Shown: piece by piece, positions 39,369-49,913 of the stretch
How the letters are laid out: each line of letters starts with the position of its first letter
Position numbering within the stretch: the stretch's first letter is position 1
Source: a virus
Virus record (IMG/VR): IMGVR_UViG_3300045988_101308
Coordinates: 60,792-124,791 of that record
Reading direction: 5' to 3' (one strand)
Length of the DNA: 64,000 nucleotides
Position numbers and translations under genes: made by a program
Notes under the pieces: model-generated
What the model was told of the DNA's origin: nothing
Seen by the model: only the letters and a program-made list of their open reading frames with translations
The model's database searches: none

Positions 39369-40082
39369 ATGTACATCAATTTCAGACAACTTGCAGCATC
39401 AGACATGACCCCTAATGATCTTGCTAATCTTCTTGCCATAAGACAGAAGGATACGGTTATGATCGAAGCCATGCCGGAAGAAGATGCTGGGAGGTATATA
39501 GAGCTTGGCCTGGTTGAGAAATTAAAATCAGGCGTGATGAGATTAACCAACAAAGGAACGTCTTTTGTAAATTATATAGAGACACCGGAAATGACAGACG
39601 AGGTTCTGGAAACGTTGAAGATTATGATAGGAATGTACGAATCGTATTCAAAAGACATAGGTGTCAGCAGAAAAGAAGCGGAATCCAGGTTGTGTTGGTT
39701 TATGGGTAACACCTCATTCAAGAAAGAGGTCATACTTCAGGTAACGGAATCTTATATAGCAGAGTCAGGAGATTATACAATGAGCTTATGTAACTTTATA
39801 TGGAAACCGCCTTCTCAGGCTTTTTCAGTCCATATGAACCTTAAAAACTCAAAGCTCTTCGACTTAATAGCTGAAAAATTCAAGATCGCTACCGAGCCTT
39901 ATTTGGAGTCTAAGAAGAATAAGGAAATGGATTGGTTGTTTGCCGTATCTAAATTGCCTACGCCGCCGGCTAAAGGCAATCCGGATTATTTGTTTACCGG
40001 AAGTTCTGAAACAGACAAAGAGAGATTGAAAAACATAAAAACGTATTTATTTAACAAAATTAGAAAGCAATGGAAAAAGTAG
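39369..40082 (+). CDS. hypothetical protein (237 aa), first gene of the ACP-NfeD-flotillin cluster
   Basis: Overlaps the ACP gene start by 13 nt; no motif. Confidence 0.45.
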   Translation: MYINFRQLAASDMTPNDLANLLAIRQKDTVMIEAMPEEDAGRYIELGLVEKLKSGVMRLTNKGTSFVNYIETPEMTDEVLETLKIMIGMYESYSKDIGVSRKEAESRLCWFMGNTSFKKEVILQVTESYIAESGDYTMSLCNFIWKPPSQAFSVHMNLKNSKLFDLIAEKFKIATEPYLESKKNKEMDWLFAVSKLPTPPAKGNPDYLFTGSSETDKERLKNIKTYLFNKIRKQWKK

Positions 40083-40321
40083 AAATCAGAAAGATTATAG
40101 AGGATATAATTATTACTCAGTTTCTTAATTCAGAAATGGATATAGTTCATGAAGAAGATGTGACGTTTAAAGAACTTGGATTAGATTCTCTTGATCAAAT
40201 TGAACTTGAAATGATGGTGGAACAAAAATTCAATATTGTTATTATTGATTATGATATGGAGACCATCAAAGATATGACTGATCTTGTTTACAAAACAATA
40301 ACAGAAGGATATGGGAAGTGA
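40070..40321 (+). CDS. acyl carrier protein-like (phosphopantetheine attachment motif)
   Basis: ELGLDSLDQIELEMMVEQKF matches LGxDSLDxVELVM, the ACP Ser (DSL) motif. 83 aa, acidic. Confidence 0.7.
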   Translation: MEKVEIRKIIEDIIITQFLNSEMDIVHEEDVTFKELGLDSLDQIELEMMVEQKFNIVIIDYDMETIKDMTDLVYKTITEGYGK

Positions 40322-40805
40322 TATAATTTTATGCATGGCTTTAATAGCGTCATTTGCTTTTGTTATACAGTTTTTGTTGTCGATATTAGGATCTGATCTG
40401 GATACGGATATTGACATTGACAGTGCTTCTGATTTAAGCATGTCTTTGTCGGACATCATATCATTCAAGGGCATAACACATTTCATTCTTGGATATAGCT
40501 GGACTACTTACTTTTCGGGTTCCCATTTAGTAGGGGTTGTGATAGGGTCGTTTTTCTTTATCGTTTTGTTTTACGTATATAAGTTACTTCTTAAGTTAAA
40601 GCAAGAAATGGTGTACGAATGTCCGGAAGATTTAAACGGAAGAGAAGTGGAGATAGTATTTAGATCAGGGAAGAATCATTATATGGTAAATATTTCTAAA
40701 AATGGAAGACAAGAGCAAATGAGAGTAAGATGCTTGTCTGGAAAAACCTACAAAAACGGCGACAAGGCGAATATAAAATATGAAGAAGGAGAATTAAGTA
40801 TCTAA
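40311..40805 (+). CDS. NfeD-like membrane protein (short form: N-terminal TM helices plus C-terminal beta-barrel)
   Basis: Two or three hydrophobic helices, then GREVEIVFRSGKNHYMVNI...QMRVRC (OB-like). The classic partner gene of an SPFH protein lies directly upstream of a flotillin gene. Overlaps the ACP gene stop. Confidence 0.6.
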   Translation: MGSDIILCMALIASFAFVIQFLLSILGSDLDTDIDIDSASDLSMSLSDIISFKGITHFILGYSWTTYFSGSHLVGVVIGSFFFIVLFYVYKLLLKLKQEMVYECPEDLNGREVEIVFRSGKNHYMVNISKNGRQEQMRVRCLSGKTYKNGDKANIKYEEGELSI

Positions 40806-40836
40806 TTTTTTTATCAACAATTAAATTTTAAAAGTT

Positions 40837-42537
40837 ATGACAACAATCATGTACGTGTCAGCTATCTTAGCTGTAGTGATTATTTTGACAATCATCGGAG
40901 TCTTATCAAGGTATCGTAGATGTAAGCCTAATCAGGTCTTGGTCGTTTACGGTAAGACAGGTGGGGAAAAGAAGTCGGCAAAATTATATCATGGTGGAGC
41001 GGCATTTGTCTTGCCTATTATTCAAAGCTATGATGTTTTGTCAATGGAGCCTATGCAAATAGATTGCAAGCTTACCGGTGCTTTGTCATCTCAGAATATT
41101 AGAGTAGATGTACCTACGACCATTACAGTAGCTATCAGTACAAATCCCGAAATCATGCAAAATGCGGCAGAAAGACTTTTGGGGATGAATACCGAATCTA
41201 CTGAAAATCTTATTACGGACATCGTTTACGGTCAGATGCGTTTGATTATTGCTGAAATGACAATCGAAAAACTTAATTCTGACAGGGATGAGTTTTTGGA
41301 TAAGGCGAGAAAGAACATTGATAACGAGCTTAACAAGTTAGGTCTTTACCTCCTGAACATCAACATCAGTGACATCAGAGACGAAGCCGGTTATATTATG
41401 AACCTTGGTAAGGAAGCTGAAAGTAGGGCTCTGAACGAGGCACAGGCTAATATCGAAGAACAGGAGAAGCTGGGTGCTATTAAAATTGCTGTACAGCAGA
41501 AGGAAAAAGAAACGGCTGTGGCTAATACCAAAAAAGAACAAGAGATTCAAATTGCTTGTACTGAAAAAGAAAAGGAGACAATAGTAGCTGAAACGAAGAA
41601 AGAAAAAGAAATAGCTTTAGCTTTAACCGATAAAGAGAAACAGATCGGTGTAGCTCAAGCAGATAGAGACAGGGCTGCGGTTATCGCAAAAACTTTAACC
41701 GACAAGGAATCGGCGATCGTAAGATCTAAGGCAGAACTTGAAGTAAATAAAGCCGAGGCTGAAAGAATGGAAGAAGTCGGAAAGAATAAGGCTGAAGCTG
41801 ACAAGGAAGCAGCTATAGCAATACAAGACTCTGAAGCTCAGATTAAGAAGGCTGAGGCTGAGAAAAATGCGTCTATAGGATACAACAATGCCCAGAAGGA
41901 GGTTGCTGTATCAGTATCAGAACTACAGATCATCAAAGCTCAATCAGAGAAGAAGGCCGGAGAAGAAAAAGTTAAATCGGAAGCGGCTGTAAAAACAGCA
42001 AAAGAGCTTGCCGACAAAGAAGTGGAAGAAGCTAAGGCTAAGAAAGTTCAGGCTGCGCTTAAGGCTGAAAAGATTGTGCCGGCTGAAACCCAGAAGGAAG
42101 AGGCTATCTTGCAAGCTGATGCTGAGGCAGAGAAGATCAAACGCCGGGCTGAGGCAGAAGCAGCAGCACATTTGGCAAAAGCTGAGGCGGAGGCAAAAGC
42201 TATTCAGATGAAGCTGGAGGCAGAAGCCGAAGGTAAGAAAAAATCGTTGATGGCAGAAGCCGACGGATTTAAGGCTATGGTGGAAGCAGCAGAATCCAAT
42301 CCTCAGATCGCCATCCAGTACAAGATGGTTAATCAGTGGAAAGAAATTGCCGGAGAACAGGTTAAGGCATTTGAGCACATTAACCTCGGAAATATCACGG
42401 TATTTGACGGCGGTCAGAACAGTACCGGTAATTTCCTTAACAATGTTGTCAAGACCGTCGCTCCGGCATTGGGAGTCATTGATCAGCTTCCGATTGCAGA
42501 TACTTTAAAGAAGTTAAAAGGAGATGACAAAAAATAA
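40837..42537 (+). CDS. flotillin-like SPFH/band-7 protein (FloT/YqiK-like, 566 aa) with a long Ala/Glu-rich coiled coil
   Basis: N-terminal TM helix, then an SPFH core (CKPNQVLVVYGKTGG ... GGAAFVLP ... RDEFLDKARKNIDNELNKLGLYLLNINISDIRDEAGYIMNLGK), then EA-rich repeats (AEAERMEEVGKNKAEADKEAA...). Confidence 0.8.
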   Translation: MTTIMYVSAILAVVIILTIIGVLSRYRRCKPNQVLVVYGKTGGEKKSAKLYHGGAAFVLPIIQSYDVLSMEPMQIDCKLTGALSSQNIRVDVPTTITVAISTNPEIMQNAAERLLGMNTESTENLITDIVYGQMRLIIAEMTIEKLNSDRDEFLDKARKNIDNELNKLGLYLLNINISDIRDEAGYIMNLGKEAESRALNEAQANIEEQEKLGAIKIAVQQKEKETAVANTKKEQEIQIACTEKEKETIVAETKKEKEIALALTDKEKQIGVAQADRDRAAVIAKTLTDKESAIVRSKAELEVNKAEAERMEEVGKNKAEADKEAAIAIQDSEAQIKKAEAEKNASIGYNNAQKEVAVSVSELQIIKAQSEKKAGEEKVKSEAAVKTAKELADKEVEEAKAKKVQAALKAEKIVPAETQKEEAILQADAEAEKIKRRAEAEAAAHLAKAEAEAKAIQMKLEAEAEGKKKSLMAEADGFKAMVEAAESNPQIAIQYKMVNQWKEIAGEQVKAFEHINLGNITVFDGGQNSTGNFLNNVVKTVAPALGVIDQLPIADTLKKLKGDDKK

Positions 42538-42544
42538 ATACAAT

Positions 42545-42566
42545 GGCCCAAGGTTACACTTGGGCC
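42545..42566 (+). terminator. GC hairpin after the flotillin gene (possible terminator, no clear U-tract)
   Basis: GGCCCAAG-gttaca-CTTGGGCC. Confidence 0.35.
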
Positions 42567-43056
42567 TAATTGAAGAAGCAAAAGCAGCATTCATAGATTT
42601 CCTGCCGGCAGGGACAGTGATTTTAAGTGCTTTACTAATTACGATATTTTTAACATGGATTTTGGACAAGATTTAGAACCAGAAGAACTGACCAAGCATT
42701 ATGATCAGTATTATGGAATTGATTTTGAAACAGAAGAAGAGGAGGATGAAGAGTATGACTGACGAGGAATTTGTATTGGATAATAAGAAAAGGGTTGTTG
42801 TAAGAAAAAGAATATCTTATTTAAGCAAAGGGGATAAAGTGTGGATTGTGTCTTCCGACGGGTATCTGCTACACACGGACGTGGTTAGAGCCGACCGCGG
42901 CCGATCTTATGTGGATATAGACGGTATCCTGTATTGGAAACGAGGATTGGATGGCAAGCATCGTAATCGTAATAACTACATGCAGTTTGCCATGACACCA
43001 GAAGACGGTAAGAAGTATGTCGTATATTACCCAGAAGGATTTAAAGACAATGACTT

Positions 43057-44076
43057 ATGATGGTCCCGGAAACGCATTTGCTATATAAGGAGTTTAATGG
43101 TGTGAAACGTCTTGCCATATCTTATTCCCAGATAGATACGTTTCTTACCTGTCCAATGAAATGGTATAAAACTTACGTAGAGGGCAAAAGGTCTACAGAA
43201 AAACAAGAAGCTACATCTTATGGTACGGTTATCCATAAGACACTGGAATACTTCTTTAAGAACGGAAGACAGCCTTCTGGTAAAGACCTTGGAGAAGCAA
43301 TAAGTTACTATGCTTACCAAGAAGACATACCTTGGCTATCACCGGAAAATATGATGATAGCCATGAAACAATCTGGGGAGCTTCTTGCTTGGATTGTGGA
43401 TCTGTTTAAAAAAGACGGGAATAGGTTTATGATAGCTGATAGTGATCTTAATCCCTGTGAGAAACTTATCAGACACGGCGCTATAGTTGGAGTCGAAGAA
43501 GATTTTGTGCTGCCGTACCGTCTTCCTAAGCCTGTTGATATAAATGGAGTAATTCATACTCATGTGTACATAGTAGGATCGGTAGACCTTCATCTGGCTA
43601 TAAAGAGCAAGAACGTAGTTCACCATTATGTCATAGATTGGAAATCAGGGAATAAGATTTTTGATTCTAAGAAGTTGGAAACGAATTTACAGCATCCTAT
43701 ATATTCATTTTACATCTATAGAAAATATGGTGGAGTTCTGCCAGATATGAACATCTATTTCTTTACCAGAACCAGGCAGTACCAAAAGGTTAAGATAGAT
43801 GAAGAGCGTAAAACAAAATCTATAGAAATGCTAAATGACACTTTGTCTAAAATGTATGATTTTGAAGATAATAGTGTAAAAACATTTCAAGCGTACATCC
43901 AGGGAGCAGAAGAAGCCAGGTATAGCAAGCGGCGCGCCACCCTAAGCCAGCCTGTTTCGCAAAACAAGCTACCCTGCCCGTCGGCGCTGTGTTATTATTG
44001 TGACTTTGGATTACATAACAAAAACGAATGCCCTTTCTCTTCAGATTGGGATCCGTCTAAAAAGATAAAACGATGA
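43057..44076 (+). CDS. Cas4/RecB-like PD-(D/E)xK nuclease with a C-terminal 4-Cys (Fe-S-type) cluster
   Basis: QIDTFLTCPMKWY N-terminal motif; VIDWKSGNK (hhDxK); LQHPIYSFY (QxxxY); C-terminal CPSALCYYCDFGLHNKNEC. Confidence 0.6.
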   Translation: MMVPETHLLYKEFNGVKRLAISYSQIDTFLTCPMKWYKTYVEGKRSTEKQEATSYGTVIHKTLEYFFKNGRQPSGKDLGEAISYYAYQEDIPWLSPENMMIAMKQSGELLAWIVDLFKKDGNRFMIADSDLNPCEKLIRHGAIVGVEEDFVLPYRLPKPVDINGVIHTHVYIVGSVDLHLAIKSKNVVHHYVIDWKSGNKIFDSKKLETNLQHPIYSFYIYRKYGGVLPDMNIYFFTRTRQYQKVKIDEERKTKSIEMLNDTLSKMYDFEDNSVKTFQAYIQGAEEARYSKRRATLSQPVSQNKLPCPSALCYYCDFGLHNKNECPFSSDWDPSKKIKR

Positions 44077-44948
44077 AATACGAGGATGTTCAAAAGTTAA
44101 GAACGAAATACCGGCAAGATCCGAAAGTTATAAACGTAGAATACATGAGAGACGTTGCTGTAAGATGCGGGAATTTCAAGAAAGCGTTTGAGCTTCAGGA
44201 GAAGCTGGAGGATATATGGTTCAACTATTTAAAAGGAGTGTAATGAAAGAAGATCTAATATGTGGAGTAGCGATCCTTTTGTATTTAGTTTTATTATACT
44301 TACTCACGACAGCTTTCATAAAAACAGGTAGAGCAGTAGAGCGTTATAAGATGAAGAAGAAAACTGACAAAATCAAAGTAGGTCAAAGATACGAACATAA
44401 GAGCTACTTTGAGGATCCATTTGAAAGAGGCAAGCATGTGATTAAGATATTAGACATAAAAGAAGGGTACGCTCTATATGAGTACGAAGAAAAACTATAT
44501 ATACGTTCTTCTGTGAGTCTTGAAGATATTGCTAAAATATATGTTTTAATTACTGATATAAAATAAGGGATTATGGAAAAGAAAGTCACAATCAAAGAAG
44601 GAATGGATATTTTTTACAAAAATGCAGGGAAAGATATATGGGTCTATATTGGACTTTTTGGAAATAAAGTGCTATCCATTTTAAAAAACAAAGGTGTTAT
44701 TGCATGCGAAAACGATGCTGAATATTGCGTGTTGATGGATGGAGAAGATCATTTTATAAGTATAGCAAAAGACATGAGTCACGACTATTGTTGTGAGTAC
44801 GTTGTAGAAAGAGCAGAAGCCTACAGAGACTACCCCTCCAAAGGTGCTACATGCAGTGTATGCCTGTTTGAAGATAATGAGAATAAAGCAAGGGAGATGT
44901 TGAAAGAGGCGATAATAGAACTTTCAAAAAATAATATAATAGATTGCG

Positions 44949-46370
44949 ATGGGCTTTGAACTTAGACCTTACCAAAAAGAAGCAGTAGATGCCGGGCTTA
45001 AGTTTCTTACAGGAAGATCTAAGAAGCCTGGCATAATCGTAGCCCCATGCGGATGTGGAAAGAGCCTTCTGATATCCAAGATAGCACATGAAATAAATAG
45101 ACCGACATTAGTATTACAGCCCTCAAAAGAGATTCTGGAGCAGAATTATGCAAAGGCCGTATCATTCGGTTCTAAACCTACTATATATTCTGCTTCATGT
45201 GGTATAAAGGAGCTGTCGGCTATGACTTATGCTACACTTAAAAGCATAAAGAAAGACGTAGCAAGGTTGAAAGATATAGGGATAGATACCTTATTGATAG
45301 ACGAATGTCATTCAGGATATTCTCCTGAAGAAGGTTCTGAATTTATGGAGTTTATGAACGGGTTCCCAGAGGCGAAGGTGCTGGGCTTCACCGCCACTCC
45401 CTGCCGCCTCCGAACCTACAGTTCCATGCTGGAAGGAAACTATAGCAAGCTCAATATGCTGACGAAAGACGAGCATAACTTCTTCAAGAAAATAGTTCAT
45501 GTGACTCAAATACAAGAACTAACTTCTCAAGGGTTTTGGTGTCCACTTAAGTACGAACGATGGTCGTTTGATGAATCAGCTCTGATGTTAAACAGCACCG
45601 GGGCTGAATACACCAACGAATCTATTAAAGAAAGTATTGTACGAAACGGCTTAAACAACTCTATCTACAAGCGCCTTCTTCAACTTATGAACGAACGTAA
45701 AGCCATTTTGGTTTGCATGGATTCTATCGAATCATGTAATAGAATATCAGAGTTCATGAATGCCAAGATGGGAGCTATAACCGGTGTCGTGACATCGCTA
45801 ACAACCAAAAAGAAAAGAGAACAAATCATATCCGATTTCAAAGAAGGTAAGTTGAAGGTGGTTTTTAATTATTCAACGCTTGCTACCGGATTTGACTTTC
45901 CTGAACTTGATTGTGTGATGTTTGGACGTCCAACTTTCTCATATTCAGTATATTACCAAGTGCTCGGTCGATGTGTCCGCATCCATCCTGACAAGAAAGA
46001 GGCGCTGATAGTTGATTGCTGCGACAACATGAGGCGTTTCGGTCGGATAGAAGACCTGACAATCGAGCAATTCCCTTCTAAGGGCTGGTGTATGTTTGCC
46101 GGCAATCAACTTCTGTCTAATATAAGGATGGGTGATATTATTACCAAAGACGAGATCCTTCGTCGGGCAGCCTCGCTTAAATCTGTGAATGGAGATGGTA
46201 GGAGAGAAGACGATCTTGACAGTATAATAATGTGGTTTGGAAAATATGAAGGAATTAGATTCAAGGACATACCGGTGTCGTATTTTAGGTTCTTGGCTGA
46301 GAATATGGCAGTAAAACCAGGAGACAGAAAAGAAAAGATTATCGAATATTATAATAGGATAAAAGCATGA
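44949..46370 (+). CDS. SF2 DEAD/DEAH-box-type helicase (DECH)
   Basis: Motif I APCGCGKS; motif II LLIDECH; motif III FTATPCR; motif VI YYQVLGRCVRI; preceded by a Q-motif-like PYQKEA. Confidence 0.8.
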   Translation: MGFELRPYQKEAVDAGLKFLTGRSKKPGIIVAPCGCGKSLLISKIAHEINRPTLVLQPSKEILEQNYAKAVSFGSKPTIYSASCGIKELSAMTYATLKSIKKDVARLKDIGIDTLLIDECHSGYSPEEGSEFMEFMNGFPEAKVLGFTATPCRLRTYSSMLEGNYSKLNMLTKDEHNFFKKIVHVTQIQELTSQGFWCPLKYERWSFDESALMLNSTGAEYTNESIKESIVRNGLNNSIYKRLLQLMNERKAILVCMDSIESCNRISEFMNAKMGAITGVVTSLTTKKKREQIISDFKEGKLKVVFNYSTLATGFDFPELDCVMFGRPTFSYSVYYQVLGRCVRIHPDKKEALIVDCCDNMRRFGRIEDLTIEQFPSKGWCMFAGNQLLSNIRMGDIITKDEILRRAASLKSVNGDGRREDDLDSIIMWFGKYEGIRFKDIPVSYFRFLAENMAVKPGDRKEKIIEYYNRIKA

Positions 46371-47393
46371 ACAACAAGAGAAGAAAAAAAATATCAGATG
46401 TTATTAACAACGTAAATAAGTATAAAACAGATTTTGAATACATCAAATCAAAGTTGTCGGAGTTGAAGCACAACATAAATTCAGCCAAAGATGATGTTGA
46501 TATGATTTTAGACGAAGAGACTGAGGCGAGAGATAATATACCAGAATCGTTACAAGACTCAGAAAGATATTGGGAATCAGATCAGGCTGTAACTGATATG
46601 GAGGAGGTGGTTGATGACATGGAAGGTATTATAAATGATTTAGATGATGTGATTTCAACCATAGATGGGAGCATTAAAACCATAAATGGTTCTATAAAAG
46701 TAAATTTAGTAGGAATAATATAAATGGAAACAAATGAATTAAGGGAAATACTTAAATTGTATGGTCTTCAACATGATGTTGTTATCAACAAAAGTTCAAG
46801 AAGGTATTCCATTATATTGGATAACAATATAATAGGAACCAACCACGCCGAAGAGAGGGTGGTTGTGTTCCGTCCTATACCGGAAGGAAAAAACACATTC
46901 TGCATGGAGCGAGATAGGTTCTACACGGAGTTTGAAGAAGCTTTTGATGATGATAAAGCCATAGAAGCCGTAAGACAATATTTTGAAAACAATAAAAACA
47001 GAAAGTCATGAACGAAAATGAAATATTTAGATTAAAGGGAAGAATAGCCATATCCAACCTATCACGTAAGGACAAGGATATGATAAATAGCATCCTTGAT
47101 GGTATTAACAAAAAGGATGAAGATGAAAAAGGGTATGTCTATACCGTAAGAATAAAACAAAACAACGGAAGGGTTGTGCATGCTACTTTATTTTTTAAAG
47201 ACAAGAAAGGCCCTACATTTGAAGATTTAAAGAAGGAGCTTGATGACATGGGAGTTAAAAATGATAGTTATAGCAATAACGGCATAATTATCATTAACCG
47301 CATTGTCATGAGCGGAGAAGAATTTGACCGCTTTGCAAAAGAAAAATGATGGACTATATTATTATATCAAATAATTAAAACAACGATAAAACA

Positions 47394-47951
47394 ATGGAAA
47401 AGATGGACAATAATACTAAAAACATCCTTTATCCAAAAGGATCTATTTTTCGCATGTTGGAAAGTGATGTAATCAGTTCCGAATTAGAAATAGCCAGAGG
47501 AGCTATAGTGGAGGCAGTATCAGACATAGAGGTAGATGATGAATATGCTGAGGTTTGTTGCAATGGAGAGACGTTTATCGTAGGAACGGACATTATGGGT
47601 ATTATTCCTGTCAAAGTATCCAGAGAAAACAAATCGGTGAAAAATGACATCATTGACGATAAACTACGATGGGATTTACTTCCAATGGAAGAGATTGAGG
47701 ACATTGTAAAAGTCTATCATGCTGGTGCAAAGAAGTACGGACCCAATAAATGGCAGAACCTTGACAACGGGTTTGAACGGTATCGTGCTGCGGCTGCCAG
47801 ACACCTAATGGAATACATGAAAGGGGAAAGAATAGACTCAGATACAGGATGTTTTCATCTTGCACAATGTGCATGGAACTGCATAGCTATGCTGTGGTAT
47901 GACAAGCACGGGAAAGGATTAATACCAATAAATAAGGAGGAAAAGAAATGA
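47394..47951 (+). CDS. hypothetical protein (185 aa); possibly a nucleotide-pyrophosphohydrolase-like domain
   Basis: RWDLLPMEEIEDIVKVYHAGAKKYG...W...RYRAAAARHLMEY is vaguely reminiscent of phage dNTP diphosphohydrolase N-terminal domains; unverified. Confidence 0.3.
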   Translation: MEKMDNNTKNILYPKGSIFRMLESDVISSELEIARGAIVEAVSDIEVDDEYAEVCCNGETFIVGTDIMGIIPVKVSRENKSVKNDIIDDKLRWDLLPMEEIEDIVKVYHAGAKKYGPNKWQNLDNGFERYRAAAARHLMEYMKGERIDSDTGCFHLAQCAWNCIAMLWYDKHGKGLIPINKEEKK

Positions 47952-48260
47952 CAATAGAACAACTAAATTATTTATTAAGAAAAGAGCTTTATGCTATAAA
48001 AAACCATAAAGACAATATTGATAGAATCAAAAAAGAATATTTTGATTCCAATTATGGATTAAAAGAAGGAGATAAGATCCGTATTTTACACGAAACAGGA
48101 GATGAAATGATAGGCTTCTTGAAAAAAGTTGAAGTATGTGAAGACGGAGATCTGTACTTGACAATCCAAAAACAAAACGAAAAAGGTGACAGAGGCAGAA
48201 GAACATGGAATATGTATCTATCATCAAAATCAATTAAAATTGAAAAATGTGTATAATGCC

Positions 48261-49391
48261 ATGAGAGTGTTAAGTTTATTTGACGGAATGTCATGTGGTC
48301 AAATAGCGTTAAAAGAAATAGGGATTACACCTGAAGTATATTATGCATCAGAAATAGATAAGTTTGCTATTAAACAAACGCAATTAAATTTCCCTAATAC
48401 TATACAAGTAGGAGATGTAAGGGATTTGAATGTAGAAGATCTTGGACACATAGATCTTATTTTAGCCGGCAGCCCATGTACAGATATGTCCTTTTCTGGA
48501 AAAAGAAAAGGGTTGTCTACCGTAGAAGGAATAGAAATCAAATCACTTAATGAGTATCTTGAATTAAAAAAAAAACAAGGATTTGAGTTTTCCGGTCAGT
48601 CTTACTTATTCTGGGAGTTTATCCGTATTTTGAATGATGTAAGAAAAACTAATCCCGATGTGTTGTTTCTTCTTGAGAACGTTAAGATGGGAAAGAAATG
48701 GGAGCCGGTATTTGATAATGCTATAGGGTGTAAAGGCAATCATATTAATTCAGCGCTTGTTTCCGCTCAAACCAGGAAACGTATTTATTGGACTAATATT
48801 CAAGGCGGCATTATCCCTCAGCCTAAAGACGAGGGTTTGACCATAAGTGATATATCTGAATATGAAGTAGATGAAAAATATTACTTATCTGAAAAAGTTT
48901 TAAACAATTTAGCTTTTCACTTGAAAAGAAATCACGACAAGGGGAATTATTATGGAGCTAATATTAAAACAAAAGATGAAAAATCCAATACTGTTACCGT
49001 AAAGGGTAAATACATGTACGATCTTATTTGTGTAGCAATGAGAGGTAGGAATCCAGAAAAACCTACATGTAGAGAATCTGGTCTTAAAACAGTTCAGAAA
49101 GATAATCTTATTTTACAAATACCAAGAGGATTTAACAAAGGTGGATTTCATGAAGATAAGGCTCCAACATTATCTTGTAATTCATATGATAGAAACAATT
49201 TTATCATACAGAGAACATTACATGGCGATTTCAGAATAAGAAGATTAACCCCTACAGAGTGCTCCAGGTTACAGACTGTACCAGATTGGTATAAATGGGA
49301 ATGCAGCGAAACCCAACAGTACAAGATGTTGGGAAACGGGTGGACTATTAAAGTGATTGAACATATACTTAAAAGAATAAAAGAATCATGA
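48261..49391 (+). CDS. DNA (cytosine-5)-methyltransferase
   Basis: Motif I LSLFDGMSCG; motif IV GSPCTDMS (PC); motif VI LLENV; motif VIII QTRKRIYW; motif X LGNGWTI. Start chosen at Met 48261 after the stop of the upstream ORF at 48256. Confidence 0.85.
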   Translation: MRVLSLFDGMSCGQIALKEIGITPEVYYASEIDKFAIKQTQLNFPNTIQVGDVRDLNVEDLGHIDLILAGSPCTDMSFSGKRKGLSTVEGIEIKSLNEYLELKKKQGFEFSGQSYLFWEFIRILNDVRKTNPDVLFLLENVKMGKKWEPVFDNAIGCKGNHINSALVSAQTRKRIYWTNIQGGIIPQPKDEGLTISDISEYEVDEKYYLSEKVLNNLAFHLKRNHDKGNYYGANIKTKDEKSNTVTVKGKYMYDLICVAMRGRNPEKPTCRESGLKTVQKDNLILQIPRGFNKGGFHEDKAPTLSCNSYDRNNFIIQRTLHGDFRIRRLTPTECSRLQTVPDWYKWECSETQQYKMLGNGWTIKVIEHILKRIKES

Positions 49392-49913
49392 TTAGAACAA
49401 GATTTTACATTAAAAAATCCGACTGCGATAACGACTACCGTCCAGTCAAATGGCCTATAAAATATCCATATTGGTGTAGTGGTGAATCCGATGATTCATT
49501 CATACTTGTAGCGTATGCCGAAGACGAAGACAGCATAAAAGAGCTGTGGCCGGAAGCATACGATATTAATGTCTTAGAAAAAGATACTGAGGTTAAATTC
49601 ACATTAAGATTTCCTAAGCCTAAATGGTATGAATTGCAAGAAGAGAGATTAGAAGAGTATGATAAATTATATGGTAAATTCGTATGGGTTACGGACATGT
49701 GTCTAAAAGATGGGAAAATAAGAAAGGTAAAAGCCAGAATAGAAGATTGTGGTGGTCTTTTATTAGCCGACACTCCTGGTCGTTACACCCCTTATCAGAT
49801 AGGGGATTGTGCTTTTGAAAGCAAGGAAGAGGCTTTAAAACATGCAGAGGAACAGAGAACGGATTTAATTAAGTCTCTTAAGTTACAAATACATGAACTT
49901 GAAAATCTAAAAT

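Noticed and set aside
47948-48256. MTase start at 48186 (as in the six-frame track), overlapping 47948..48256
   Set aside because: The conserved motif I follows Met 48261, immediately after the upstream stop at 48256. A 70-nt overlap is unlikely, so 48261 was chosen.
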